From positions 12,426-76,425 of the IMG/VR virus record IMGVR_UViG_3300008952_000030: 64,000 nucleotides of DNA; one strand, 5' to 3'. The notes beneath the pieces are model-generated. The model did no database searches, was not told the origin of the DNA, and was given only the letters and a program-made list of their open reading frames with translations. This DNA is from a virus. Below, piece by piece: positions 8,598 to 16,826 of this stretch. Made by a program: the position numbers and the translations under genes. Position 1 is the stretch's first letter. Every line of letters starts with the position of its first letter.

Positions 8598-8885
8598 TTA
8601 GGCTCGCGTTAACTTTGAACCGTTCGCGGCGACGAACTCGGCAACCTTGCCAGAGGTGAACATCTCGGAGACGGTGGGCAGCTCCTCAGTCTTGAAGGTG
8701 ATAGGGAACTTCCGAACGCCATAAATCGCGAGGTGCCCGTTCTTGGTGATGCCCAGTCGCACCATGTTCTTCGCTTGAGCGCGGAGAGCCTTCAGCTCTT
8801 CCTGGTGTGCCTCAAGCTCAGCTAGTCGCGAAAGAATAGCATCGTTGTTATTGGTTGCGGTTGCTGCGGTGTTCTTCTTGGACAT
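8598..8885 (-). CDS. small protein with a coiled coil and a 'G.L.IYG.RKFPIT' domain, probably highly expressed early
   Basis: Own promoter TTGACA-17-TATTAT (8940-8968), own terminator, GC-ending codon bias. Confidence 0.7.
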   Translation of the reverse strand: MSKKNTAATATNNNDAILSRLAELEAHQEELKALRAQAKNMVRLGITKNGHLAIYGVRKFPITFKTEELPTVSEMFTSGKVAEFVAANGSKLTRA

Positions 8886-9027
8886 GATGTCCCCTTCGTG
8901 TTGTGGTGCGTTGTCTGCACCGTTCTTGATTGTGCCTCTATAATATCAAGGCGAAATGCGTTTGTCAAGAAAAAAAATTCGGTTGAAAAAAATCGCGCCG
9001 AACTCGCTCCCCTCAACTTGTGAACCC

Positions 9028-9056
9028 ATTATATAAAATAGAATTCAACAAGTCAA
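9028..9056 (-). promoter_or_regulatory. sigma70-type promoter
   Basis: TTGACT-17-TATAAT. Confidence 0.75.
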
Positions 9057-9085
9057 GAGGTTTTTAAAAAAAAGTTAAAAAAGTT

Positions 9086-9274
9086 TTAAACCTTCGTCAT
9101 TCTAGCCACGATGTACCCCTTGTAAACGTAGCCGGCGGGACTCTCAACCTCTGCCATCGCGCCGCCATAGTAAAGACGACGAATCGTGTATACCGGCTGA
9201 GTGTCTCGTTTCCTGTCTACGATACGAGGTGCCCTGTAAAGAACCTTGTCACCGACTCTGATTCGCTCTGTCAT
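9086..9274 (-). CDS. small SH3/KOW-like protein
   Basis: IRVGDKV start motif; promoter TTGACA-17-TACATT at 9311-9339. Confidence 0.6.
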   Translation of the reverse strand: MTERIRVGDKVLYRAPRIVDRKRDTQPVYTIRRLYYGGAMAEVESPAGYVYKGYIVARMTKV

Positions 9275-9346
9275 CGCGTCCCCCCTTTCGTTGGGTTTGT
9301 TTGTATATATAATGTAACAAACGGGAGACGGGATGTCAAGCGCTTT

Positions 9347-9604
9347 TTAACCGTCGACGATGTCCGCCCACTGCCGCGCCTGTCCTACGTGACAAGAGGT
9401 TGTCTGTGAATAATAGCTGTACTTGTCCGATCCAGCGGTATAGTCTCGAAGAACCTTACCGAGCTTGCCTGATGTATCACCGATACAAAGGTTGTACGAA
9501 TACAGCTTCTCGCCGTCCGTCCAAAAATTGCCGGTGTGCGAATTCGCTGCAACGCCATGAGCCCAACACCGGGGCACTTCTCTGTTTGATACTCTCATTT
9601 TCAC
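9347..9604 (-). CDS. hypothetical phage early protein
   Basis: TDGEKLYSYNLCIG...YSQTTSCHV pattern. Confidence 0.65.
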   Translation of the reverse strand: MKMRVSNREVPRCWAHGVAANSHTGNFWTDGEKLYSYNLCIGDTSGKLGKVLRDYTAGSDKYSYYSQTTSCHVGQARQWADIVDG

Positions 9605-9840
9605 TTACTCCTCTTGATTACTGCGCAGTCCTTAAGGTAGACTGAGCAACTGTATAGGGTGCGGACTGTGCCGCCGTCAATCACTGCCAACTCTATCGGG
9701 TAATTTTCGCGCTCCAGCTCGGTGTCTCGTGGCTCACCAACCGAGGCGACGATACCCATCTTGTCGCGCCACCAGGACGCAGGACAATCAATTTTCAAAT
9801 GCACCATGTCACCAGGCGAAAGATTACAACTGCTCATCAT
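9601..9840 (-). CDS. small SH3/KOW-like protein
   Basis: LSPGDMV...GIV. Confidence 0.6.
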   Translation of the reverse strand: MMSSCNLSPGDMVHLKIDCPASWWRDKMGIVASVGEPRDTELERENYPIELAVIDGGTVRTLYSCSVYLKDCAVIKRSK

Positions 9841-9999
9841 TTTTCCCCCTGTGCTTTACTTTGCGTGTGTAGCGCTTTTTATCCCTGTGTACCTTGACGC
9901 CTCCACCGTGTCGTTTTTGCAGAGCGGTTGCGTACGGGTTACGCACAGGAATCTTTTTTCTAGTGCGACTCACTTGCTTTCTCCTCATCTTGTGTAACC

Positions 10000-10028
10000 A
10001 TTATATGATATGATTTTCAAGAAGTCAA
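10000..10028 (-). promoter_or_regulatory. sigma70-type promoter
   Basis: TTGACT-17-TATAAT. Confidence 0.75.
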
Positions 10029-10123
10029 GAAAAAATTAAATTTAGTTCTTTTTTTCTCTCACGATGTATGGGAGAGCCCACACCAGAGCAACCAAGCCGA
10101 GTCCAGCACCGAGGCATGCGCCT

Positions 10124-10333
10124 CTAATCAATATGCTCTTCATCATCGCCAAAAATCTCCTCGTGTGGCGTCTTCACCCATCCGTACTCAATAAGAGCCT
10201 TCGCGGTTCTACCGTAAGAGCCTTGCAGCCTCCATGCCATGCCGGTATCAACCAAACCCTGAAAGAACTCTATCACTTCATCCTCTCTCATCTCTCCGTT
10301 CTCATAACGGATGATGTCATCAATATCAGGCAT
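10124..10333 (-). CDS. conserved hypothetical phage protein
   Basis: YENGEM...FFQGLVDTGMAWRLQGSYGRTAKALIE. Confidence 0.7.
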   Translation of the reverse strand: MPDIDDIIRYENGEMREDEVIEFFQGLVDTGMAWRLQGSYGRTAKALIEYGWVKTPHEEIFGDDEEHID

Positions 10334-10508
10334 CGTCTTGCTTGCTCCTCTTGTTGTTTCTTTCGTCTCTAATCTCATTCATTCTCTCAATCACTGCGTC
10401 TCGCGATGGAGCGTCAAGCGCTTCTAGAAGCTCATTGCACCTCTTAGTCGACAAATCAACCCAGAGGTTAGCCAACCTTCTAACACTCGCTATGCTTGAC
10501 AATCTCAT
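10326..10508 (-). CDS. hypothetical protein
   Basis: ORF in the gene string. Confidence 0.5.
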   Translation of the reverse strand: MRLSSIASVRRLANLWVDLSTKRCNELLEALDAPSRDAVIERMNEIRDERNNKRSKQDDA

Positions 10509-10544
10509 CCCTTTTCTCCCCTATTCTATTCTACCATTCGTTCA

Positions 10545-10652
10545 CAGGCGACTGGGTGCGTTGTCGCCCCACCCACACGCGCCGAGAGACACTTAACTCG
10601 ATGCATGGGGCCGTGCGCGATCGACGTGAGATTCCCTACACCCAGTCGCCTA
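10545..10652 (-). ncRNA. candidate structured ncRNA next to tRNA-Lys
   Basis: Perfect 13-bp terminal inverted repeat (10546-10558 / 10639-10651) plus internal GCCCCAT/GTGGGGC and CGAG/CTCG stems; GC-rich and intergenic. Confidence 0.5.
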
Positions 10653-10668
10653 CAGGAACATTTTTTCC

Positions 10669-10741
10669 TGGAGCATCCGAGACTCGAACTCGGAACCAGC
10701 GGATTAAAAGTCCGATGCGCTGCCAATTGCGCCAATGCTCC
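10669..10741 (-). tRNA. tRNA-Lys(UUU)
   Basis: GGAGCAT/ATGCTCC acceptor stem, anticodon loop CTTTTAA, T-loop GTTCGAGTC; CCA not encoded. Confidence 0.9.
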
Positions 10742-10790
10742 GCAAGCTGGCCTTTTATCGTGACATGCCAAGGTCACTTGTTATTTGTAC

Positions 10791-10821
10791 CTACTTCTTA
10801 GAAGGGCTACTTCTTAGAAGG
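10791..10821. repeat. 15-bp direct repeat (period 16)
   Basis: ctacttcttagaagg at 10791 and 10807. Confidence 0.8.
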
Positions 10822-10893
10822 AGGGTTGTTATCTCGACCACCACCACTGGGGTTGCCAGTGGTAGAGGGCCATCCACCGTTATTGTTACTCAT
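10807..10893 (-). CDS. 28-aa Gly/Asn/Pro-rich peptide (not in ORF track)
   Basis: MSNNNGGWPSTTGNPSGGGRDNNPPSKK*; GGAG SD; ATGA-coupled to an upstream 32-aa ORF (10890-10988). Confidence 0.6.
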   Translation of the reverse strand: MSNNNGGWPSTTGNPSGGGRDNNPPSKK

Positions 10894-10999
10894 GGGAACT
10901 CCGGGTAGTCATCATTGTAGTAATGTGTTCCATCGTCCCAGTCTTCCTGCTTTCCAGGCTGGGTGTATACTTTGTAGTAAAAATTCATATTTTACATTC

Positions 11000-11225
11000 T
11001 CCTGTCGGGCTTACCGACTGTTAAAGTGTGGCTTATTTAAAGACAATCTCCACAAAATGTCTTGCCTTTCTGCATCTGGCCAAGACCAGAAAGATGACGA
11101 CAACAGCGAACGACTATACAAAAGACTCTGCCCTTCGTATATCGCTATCAGTTACACCGCTCGCAAGGACTTTGCCCTTGTAGGCATACGACGTTTTCCG
11201 TTTTCTGACGGCTCCCCTTACTGTT
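11000..11225 (-). ncRNA. candidate multi-hairpin ncRNA or long leader
   Basis: Downstream of TTGACA-17-TAGTAT (11245-11273); no credible ORF; at least 5 hairpins. Confidence 0.4.
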
Positions 11226-11438
11226 TTCGATTTTGTATATTATAATACTATCATGAATCGATGGCTTTGTCAAGCTCTTTCTAGCCTAGAAAACTTGATT
11301 TTTTCACCGTGCTCTTTCAAAAGTTTCTTTTTCTTCTTTTCACAAATCGCTTTAATCGCATAAATGTGCTTTTTCTCTCCATTGGAGATTCTATACGTCA
11401 AGTGGTATATCATTTCGTCTTTTCTCACTTCTTCACAT

Positions 11439-11467
11439 ATTATAAGTAATTAAATTTTAGAAGTCAA
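11439..11467 (-). promoter_or_regulatory. sigma70-type promoter
   Basis: TTGACT-17-TATAAT. Confidence 0.75.
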
Positions 11468-11689
11468 GAAGTTTTTTTCTTTTTTTCATTTTCTCGCTGG
11501 ATCCAGCTTCGGAACGCCTTCACGCATGAGAGCACCAGTGAGTCTTTTTTCTCTGGTGGGCTACCAATGCCCCAAGTCTCGTTGAATACTTCTAATTCTT
11601 TCTTTGTCAAGGCTTGTTCCACCAATCAGTTAATTTTTGCCCCAGAAACAAGCCTAGTGCTATCGCAAACACAGTACCAATAAATTCCA

Positions 11690-11968
11690 TTACTCTACCC
11701 TCTTCGTTAGTGGAAACGGTACCAGATTGTCATGGTTCCGCTCCTTATTTTCTGCCATCACCCACTTAATCTCTCCATCTTCGGTGTGCTCTCCCTTAAT
11801 CTTTCCCTCGCACGCCAGAACCATAAGCCCCATGAAGATGTCGTTGTGCTCTGGCACCTCAATAGCGCCTGAGCTATAGTGGCTCATGAGAGCATGAAGT
11901 ATCTTTACACCTTGCCCAAGCACATTGCGGCGTAACTGCTTCTCTGTAGGCACCTGTATATCGTACAT
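11690..11968 (-). CDS. hypothetical protein
   Basis: Start re-assigned to MYDIQ, after the upstream stop. Confidence 0.6.
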   Translation of the reverse strand: MYDIQVPTEKQLRRNVLGQGVKILHALMSHYSSGAIEVPEHNDIFMGLMVLACEGKIKGEHTEDGEIKWVMAENKERNHDNLVPFPLTKRVE

Positions 11969-11969
11969 A

Positions 11970-12179
11970 TCAATTCTCCCATTCGAAGTCTGATTCTGAA
12001 TTTCCAACCACCCAAGTCTCGACGGCGCTCTCAAGTGCCTCACTTAGGGCAAACTGCGCATCGGGTGGGAAACAACCTGATTTAATCTCGGGGTAGCTTT
12101 TAGCGATAACCTCCCAAAAGGCAAACTCAGCGTTCTCCGTAATTTTCTGAAGCTTGTCATAATCTAAATTCTTATACAT
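11970..12179 (-). CDS. hypothetical protein
   Basis: GGAGG SD; promoter directly upstream. Confidence 0.65.
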   Translation of the reverse strand: MYKNLDYDKLQKITENAEFAFWEVIAKSYPEIKSGCFPPDAQFALSEALESAVETWVVGNSESDFEWEN

Positions 12180-12197
12180 TGTTTTCCTCCAACTCTT

Positions 12198-12234
12198 AAA
12201 CCATTATAAGATATTAAATTTCAAAAGTCAAGAA
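12198..12234 (-). promoter_or_regulatory. sigma70 promoter, 37-bp identical repeat copy 1
   Basis: TTCTTGACTTTTGAAATTTAATATCTTATAATGGTTT, identical at 12808-12844. Confidence 0.85.
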
Positions 12235-12415
12235 GTTTTTTTCGATTCTTTACCACTTCTAGGTGTTGCGGGCACTGTTCGCTATAGCCGCAATTACAGT
12301 ATATCGTGACTAAGCGCACAGCAGGTAACCCGGTTACGACTGCTGTGTCACAACGCTTGTCGCCGGGATCGCCGGAGCAACTCACCATTGGTTTAACCAA
12401 ATCACCGACTTTCAC
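12221..12415 (-). CDS. KVGDLV SH3/KOW-like cassette protein
   Basis: GTG start inside the junction repeat. Confidence 0.75.
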   Translation of the reverse strand: MKVGDLVKPMVSCSGDPGDKRCDTAVVTGLPAVRLVTIYCNCGYSEQCPQHLEVVKNRKKLLDF

Positions 12416-12596
12416 TGACTCTCCTTAGATATTGCGAGTGGACTGCATTTGAACTAGGCGCTCTTCCATCAAAGAATCGGACGACATAACAGTTTTTCTG
12501 CGCTGCATTGGCGCTAACAATGCCGATGCGATATTCCTGTCGTAGCGGGTGCGATCGCGGCAGAGTAGGACACCTTACCAAATCACCGACTTTCAC
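12402..12596 (-). CDS. KVGDLV SH3/KOW-like cassette protein (...VSESR*)
   Basis: Start and stop both inside junction repeats. Confidence 0.8.
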   Translation of the reverse strand: MKVGDLVRCPTLPRSHPLRQEYRIGIVSANAAQKNCYVVRFFDGRAPSSNAVHSQYLRRVSESR

Positions 12597-12783
12597 TGAT
12601 AGTCTCCAATTCATCGAGATACTCCCACAAGGTATTCCCCTGTGGTCTGGGTAGATTCCACTTAACTAACACTTTCTCCAAATAAAGAAAAGTGTCTCTC
12701 TCTATCACCAGTCCTACCAAGGGTGATTCACTCAACTCTTTGTGAGGGAATATCGTATACTTCACCAAGTCACCGACTTTCAT
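12583..12783 (-). CDS. KVGDLV SH3/KOW-like cassette protein (...ISESR*)
   Basis: Start and stop both inside junction repeats. Confidence 0.8.
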   Translation of the reverse strand: MKVGDLVKYTIFPHKELSESPLVGLVIERDTFLYLEKVLVKWNLPRPQGNTLWEYLDELETISESR

Positions 12784-12807
12784 CTTCTCTTGCTCCCTCA
12801 ATCATTA

Positions 12808-12844
12808 AAACCATTATAAGATATTAAATTTCAAAAGTCAAGAA
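12808..12844 (-). promoter_or_regulatory. sigma70 promoter, 37-bp identical repeat copy 2
   Basis: Identical to 12198-12234. Confidence 0.85.
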
Positions 12845-12941
12845 AAAATGAAATTTAGTGGTTTTAAGCCTCTCTTCATCCTATTGCATACTTAGAGACA
12901 CATCACCCCTCAAACTCCCGTTAGAAGAAGAGCCTGACACG

Positions 12942-13178
12942 TTAGGGGACATCCCTGTCTATGATAATTAGCCATTCCTCTCGTGGTTCGCAGTATGCAT
13001 CGATTTCCTCTACGTACACCAGATGCTTAACTACCCTCGATGGCTTGTGTTTGTTTTTCTCTACCCTGTCGACACTGTAGGGGCGTAGAACCTCTCCTCT
13101 CATACCCCTGACGTTGTGTCCAAATACGTCGTAGTCTGCTGTGATTTCCACAATCATACCCTTAACGTATTTAATCAT
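12942..13178 (-). CDS. small SH3/KOW-like protein
   Basis: YVKGMIVEI...GEVL. Confidence 0.55.
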   Translation of the reverse strand: MIKYVKGMIVEITADYDVFGHNVRGMRGEVLRPYSVDRVEKNKHKPSRVVKHLVYVEEIDAYCEPREEWLIIIDRDVP

Positions 13179-13359
13179 CGAACCTCTCCGAACGGAAGCC
13201 TATCGGCTGGTTTTTCTGTACTGGCTGGTACGTCAACTTTCCCCCTGCCAAGAAGGTACTACCAACAATAATAAGAGGCATTGCTATCATATTATGGAGC
13301 ACTATCCTCTTGTTATCCGGCAACCTAGCTACCATCTCTCTCACTTTTGCAATAAGCAC
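13171..13359 (-). CDS. small membrane-associated hypothetical protein
   Basis: Hydrophobic segment; C-terminal PIGF. Confidence 0.5.
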   Translation of the reverse strand: MLIAKVREMVARLPDNKRIVLHNMIAMPLIIVGSTFLAGGKLTYQPVQKNQPIGFRSERFDD

Positions 13360-13384
13360 AATACACCATCCTCTATTTTAAAAA

Positions 13385-13537
13385 GTATGTCAGAAAGCCG
13401 GCATCCCTGTCCTCATCGGGAAGCCACCACCAGCCTAATCTAGTTTACTTCGCCCACCCAAGAGCCTTGTGTGGTTCATTTTGGCGCGGTATAGGCATAC
13501 GCTCCACTTTTATATAATATTAGACTTTCTGACATAC
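13385..13537 (-). ncRNA. candidate structured ncRNA or inverted-repeat-bounded element
   Basis: Perfect 13-bp inverted repeat gtatgtcagaaag (13385-13397) / ctttctgacatac (13525-13537) spanning almost the whole intergenic gap. Confidence 0.45.
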
Positions 13538-13548
13538 GTGAGTCATTA

Positions 13549-14781
13549 TCACATATCTTTTTCTGGAATAGCGATAACCCTCTCACTAGTTGTAAAATAC
13601 GGGCGTTGAGCATAGTATTCCGTTGTAATCCACATCCTTTGAGATTTAGACGGCACCGGCTTGGGTGCCATCAAGTCAGTCAAAATGATATGTCCGTCAT
13701 AACTTCTCTCGTTAACCCATCGGGTGGGAGCGTTAAAGCACGTTCCACCGCACGACACACGCTCCCATTTACGATTCTCTCCCTTCTTCCAATCAAAGAC
13801 TTTATCCTCGACGACGACTGTATCAAAGGGAACCACCGTAAACTCTGCAATCTCAGACAACTTATTCAACTCTGCAAAGAACGCAGACAGCATCTTGTTC
13901 GACACCGAACCCGATTGATCGATAGAGATTGCCACTCTAGCAACCCTATCTGACTTTTTTCCAGCATGGATATACGGATAACGACGGTTAATGCGTCGGA
14001 TGCTCGACTTCCTGCTTGACTTCTGAGAAGTCTTGATGAAGTACCTTAGCACCTTTCGCCAGTCTAGGGTACTCTTAATCCCCTTAAGAATCTCCTCTCT
14101 ACAAGAGGCAGGGACAGAGCCCCAATTGTTAGACTTTGATGCTTCGTCGGCAGCCTTCTTGATGATATCCTTAAGACGCTCTTTAGCAATCTCTCGCGAC
14201 TCTTCCGATACCTCTCCCCAACCGCTGTGATCGTCGAAAGAGTCATACTCAGTGTCTCCCGGCTCTCCCGAACCTTCTCCAGAGCCTTCGCCGTCAGTAG
14301 GCTCGCCATCTGGATTGGACTTCTTTTTTGGCATCGGTGGCATATTCTTAAGATACCACTCTGCACTTTTGCCGGAAGGCAAATCAGCAAAAGGGGTATC
14401 AGGTACGCCTGGCTTGCAGCATCCCTCTGGCAAATTATGTAAATTGCTGTTAATAGCTAAGTCGGTGGCGATGTTCCAAAGCTTTGTCATCTTTTTATCG
14501 CCATCGACTTCGGGCATCCTATCAGTGACATGCAAAAATACAATGTGATAGAACTCATGCTTAAGTACATCTCTGCGTTCGTCATCGGTGAGCTTCGCGA
14601 AAAACTCAGGACTATACAGCATCTCGAACTGAGATGATTCGGGATTGACGCGGACTCCAGCAGTCGGGACACCACTATGGGGACGCTTATCGACTCGACG
14701 CGAAATAGCCGCGAAGAAAGGCTCATCCATAAGGAGACGAGCCATGTGTAAATTCAAATCGAAGTGCTTTTTAGTTTCCAT
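13549..14781 (-). CDS. DUF2201-type metallopeptidase plus VWA protein
   Basis: HEFYH zinc motif; MIDAS DQSGS; GGT motif; promoter TTGACA-17-TATTCT at 14819-14847. Confidence 0.85.
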   Translation of the reverse strand: METKKHFDLNLHMARLLMDEPFFAAISRRVDKRPHSGVPTAGVRVNPESSQFEMLYSPEFFAKLTDDERRDVLKHEFYHIVFLHVTDRMPEVDGDKKMTKLWNIATDLAINSNLHNLPEGCCKPGVPDTPFADLPSGKSAEWYLKNMPPMPKKKSNPDGEPTDGEGSGEGSGEPGDTEYDSFDDHSGWGEVSEESREIAKERLKDIIKKAADEASKSNNWGSVPASCREEILKGIKSTLDWRKVLRYFIKTSQKSSRKSSIRRINRRYPYIHAGKKSDRVARVAISIDQSGSVSNKMLSAFFAELNKLSEIAEFTVVPFDTVVVEDKVFDWKKGENRKWERVSCGGTCFNAPTRWVNERSYDGHIILTDLMAPKPVPSKSQRMWITTEYYAQRPYFTTSERVIAIPEKDM

Positions 14782-14857
14782 CTCGATTTCTCTCTCAGTT
14801 ATTGTTTGATATATAAAAAGAATATCAGACTTTTTTTTAAATGTCAAGCAATTCTTT

Positions 14858-15079
14858 TTATCGTAGGGAAATTACTCTATTGCCATCCTGCACATAGAAG
14901 CAACTAACGCCACTCTTTTTCTTTTTAGAGGTGACGCAGAGAATATCGTCTTTGAACGCCTGCTTCACTAGGAAGTCTCCACAACCCCCCTTGTCATTCA
15001 ATTTGACATACGAGGGGTTAGTTCCTAAAGAACAACCCGTTGCGAACATCACGGCAAGTGCCAACGAAAGAACCTTCAT
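14858..15079 (-). CDS. small Cys-containing lipoprotein
   Basis: MKVLSLALAVMFATGC lipobox. Confidence 0.6.
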   Translation of the reverse strand: MKVLSLALAVMFATGCSLGTNPSYVKLNDKGGCGDFLVKQAFKDDILCVTSKKKKSGVSCFYVQDGNRVISLR

Positions 15080-15080
15080 C

Positions 15081-16157
15081 TTAATTCCCCTTCTTTTCTT
15101 CCTGCTCTCCAGCAAGAATGGTAACAATGTAGTCACTAACAGACTTGCCATCAACCATTGCCTGGTGAAGCTTAATCGTGTTATTAATCTCTCCTGAACC
15201 CAGAACAGTCCACAACTTCATCGCAACCTCAGAGGGGAGGTTCAAGAAATAGCGAGCGAGGTTGTCAACCTGTGCTTGTGGAAGCTCTTCGACAAAAGAC
15301 TCTGCTGCATCAAACTTATCAATAAGCGCGGTGTGCTCATTGATTCCAAAGTCCTTTGTTCTGTCAATCTTTCCATGCACGAGGATGTCCTCTACGGATA
15401 CCTGCTTCTCGTAATTTGCAACAAAGTCATTAAACGCGACGGCAGCTTCGAATCCCACGAAAGCACTTGTGAGAGTGTACATCGCGGGAGAAGTTTCATC
15501 CGAATCGAGAATACCAGCCTCAGTGAGACAATCACTCAATCGCTCCCATGAGCGACGTGACGGGTAAACCTTATTAGGCTCATAGTCATCCTGGTGCTCA
15601 AGGTGGTTCCGATTGTGGTTAATAAAATCCCACACCATCCCATGTACCTTGCCCGTTGCCCACGTCAACCAGTCCTCTAACGTTGGCTCAATGTCAAACA
15701 CTGTCCACCTGTCAAGCTCGGCTGGATCCATCTCGCCAACCTGATATTGCTCGCCATGCTCGCCGCCATTAACAGCAGCGAACACAAGAGTGTCAGGATG
15801 AAGAACGTGCCCGTTCAGCTTTCGGCTATCAGTCAGCTCAAAGATTCCTTGACGAACCTCAAGCGTTGCCCTGTCAACCTCATCGAGGAACAGGACTACA
15901 GGCTCATCACATGCCTGCTTGAACCAGTCTGGCGGATTGAACTGAGTACTGCTGTCCTCAATAGAGGGAAGCCCCACCAAGTCGCCCTCTGTCATTTGTG
16001 ACGCTCGTCGCTCGACGATGGGCATATTGATGCTGTCAGCGTACTGGTAGACGACGGTGGACTTGCCAATGCCGTGGCGTCCACGCAGAAGCACGGGCTT
16101 TCTTACAGCCGTTACGTGCTTGACAACCTCCGAAAAAGTCTTAAAATCAACTGCCAT
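15081..16157 (-). CDS. MoxR-like AAA+ ATPase
   Basis: Walker A GRHGIGKS, Walker B LFLDE, MDPAELDR, PSRRSW. Confidence 0.9.
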   Translation of the reverse strand: MAVDFKTFSEVVKHVTAVRKPVLLRGRHGIGKSTVVYQYADSINMPIVERRASQMTEGDLVGLPSIEDSSTQFNPPDWFKQACDEPVVLFLDEVDRATLEVRQGIFELTDSRKLNGHVLHPDTLVFAAVNGGEHGEQYQVGEMDPAELDRWTVFDIEPTLEDWLTWATGKVHGMVWDFINHNRNHLEHQDDYEPNKVYPSRRSWERLSDCLTEAGILDSDETSPAMYTLTSAFVGFEAAVAFNDFVANYEKQVSVEDILVHGKIDRTKDFGINEHTALIDKFDAAESFVEELPQAQVDNLARYFLNLPSEVAMKLWTVLGSGEINNTIKLHQAMVDGKSVSDYIVTILAGEQEEKKGN

Positions 16158-16258
16158 GATATTGTCTCCTAAAGTAATTAGCAGTTATTGGATTCGTTCG
16201 ATGTGTTTATATCATCTCATAAAAAAAATAATTTGTCAAATTTAAATTTTATTTTTGT

Positions 16259-16825
16259 CTATTCTTGCTCTCTGCTTACTCGTACCAGGGCTTCCCTACC
16301 TCTTTTAGAGACGGCAGCGTCGGAATGTTGGCTTAATTGAATTGCCAACTTTAAATTGCAGTTAGGATGGTTCGCGATGTTCATGGGTAAAGCGGTACTG
16401 TAATAACTGTATAGCCCCCCGCTGGTATTAGCTAGTCTAGCCTTGTATCTAGAATATATATCTTCCAACACATCCGATGGAGTATTCTTGACAATTCCGC
16501 GACCCCATGTGCGAATAAAAAAGTGACTAATCCTCCAAGCTTCAAGCCTGGACTTACACGAGTTATAGATGTCTCGTATCGCCTCTTCGTTCTCGATAAG
16601 GAGAGCACTAACCATAGTGGCTTTCACTATGTTGGATCTACCTTCCAAGAGAATATCAATAGCCTCTTGACATAAAGATTCATTCTCTGCCAGATAGTAT
16701 CTGGCTTGAATGTGTCCGTTCTCTGCTATCCACACTTGAATCTCATCATCTGAAAACTTATTCTTTGCTAAGTTGTTCACTTCGACGCGAGACATGCGCG
16801 GTAGATTCTGTATAAGTCGAGACAT
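16259..16825 (-). CDS. alpha-helical repeat-like hypothetical protein
   Basis: LAENESL and IANHPN segments. Confidence 0.6.
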   Translation of the reverse strand: MSRLIQNLPRMSRVEVNNLAKNKFSDDEIQVWIAENGHIQARYYLAENESLCQEAIDILLEGRSNIVKATMVSALLIENEEAIRDIYNSCKSRLEAWRISHFFIRTWGRGIVKNTPSDVLEDIYSRYKARLANTSGGLYSYYSTALPMNIANHPNCNLKLAIQLSQHSDAAVSKRGREALVRVSREQE

Positions 16826-16826
16826 T

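Larger units (their letters stand above)
12396..12783. repeat. cassette junction repeats, array A (3 copies)
   Basis: Core tcaccgactttca at 12402, 12583 and 12770. Confidence 0.9.

Noticed and set aside
10526-10777. 83-aa minus-strand ORF
   Set aside because: It overlaps tRNA-Lys and the candidate structured RNA.
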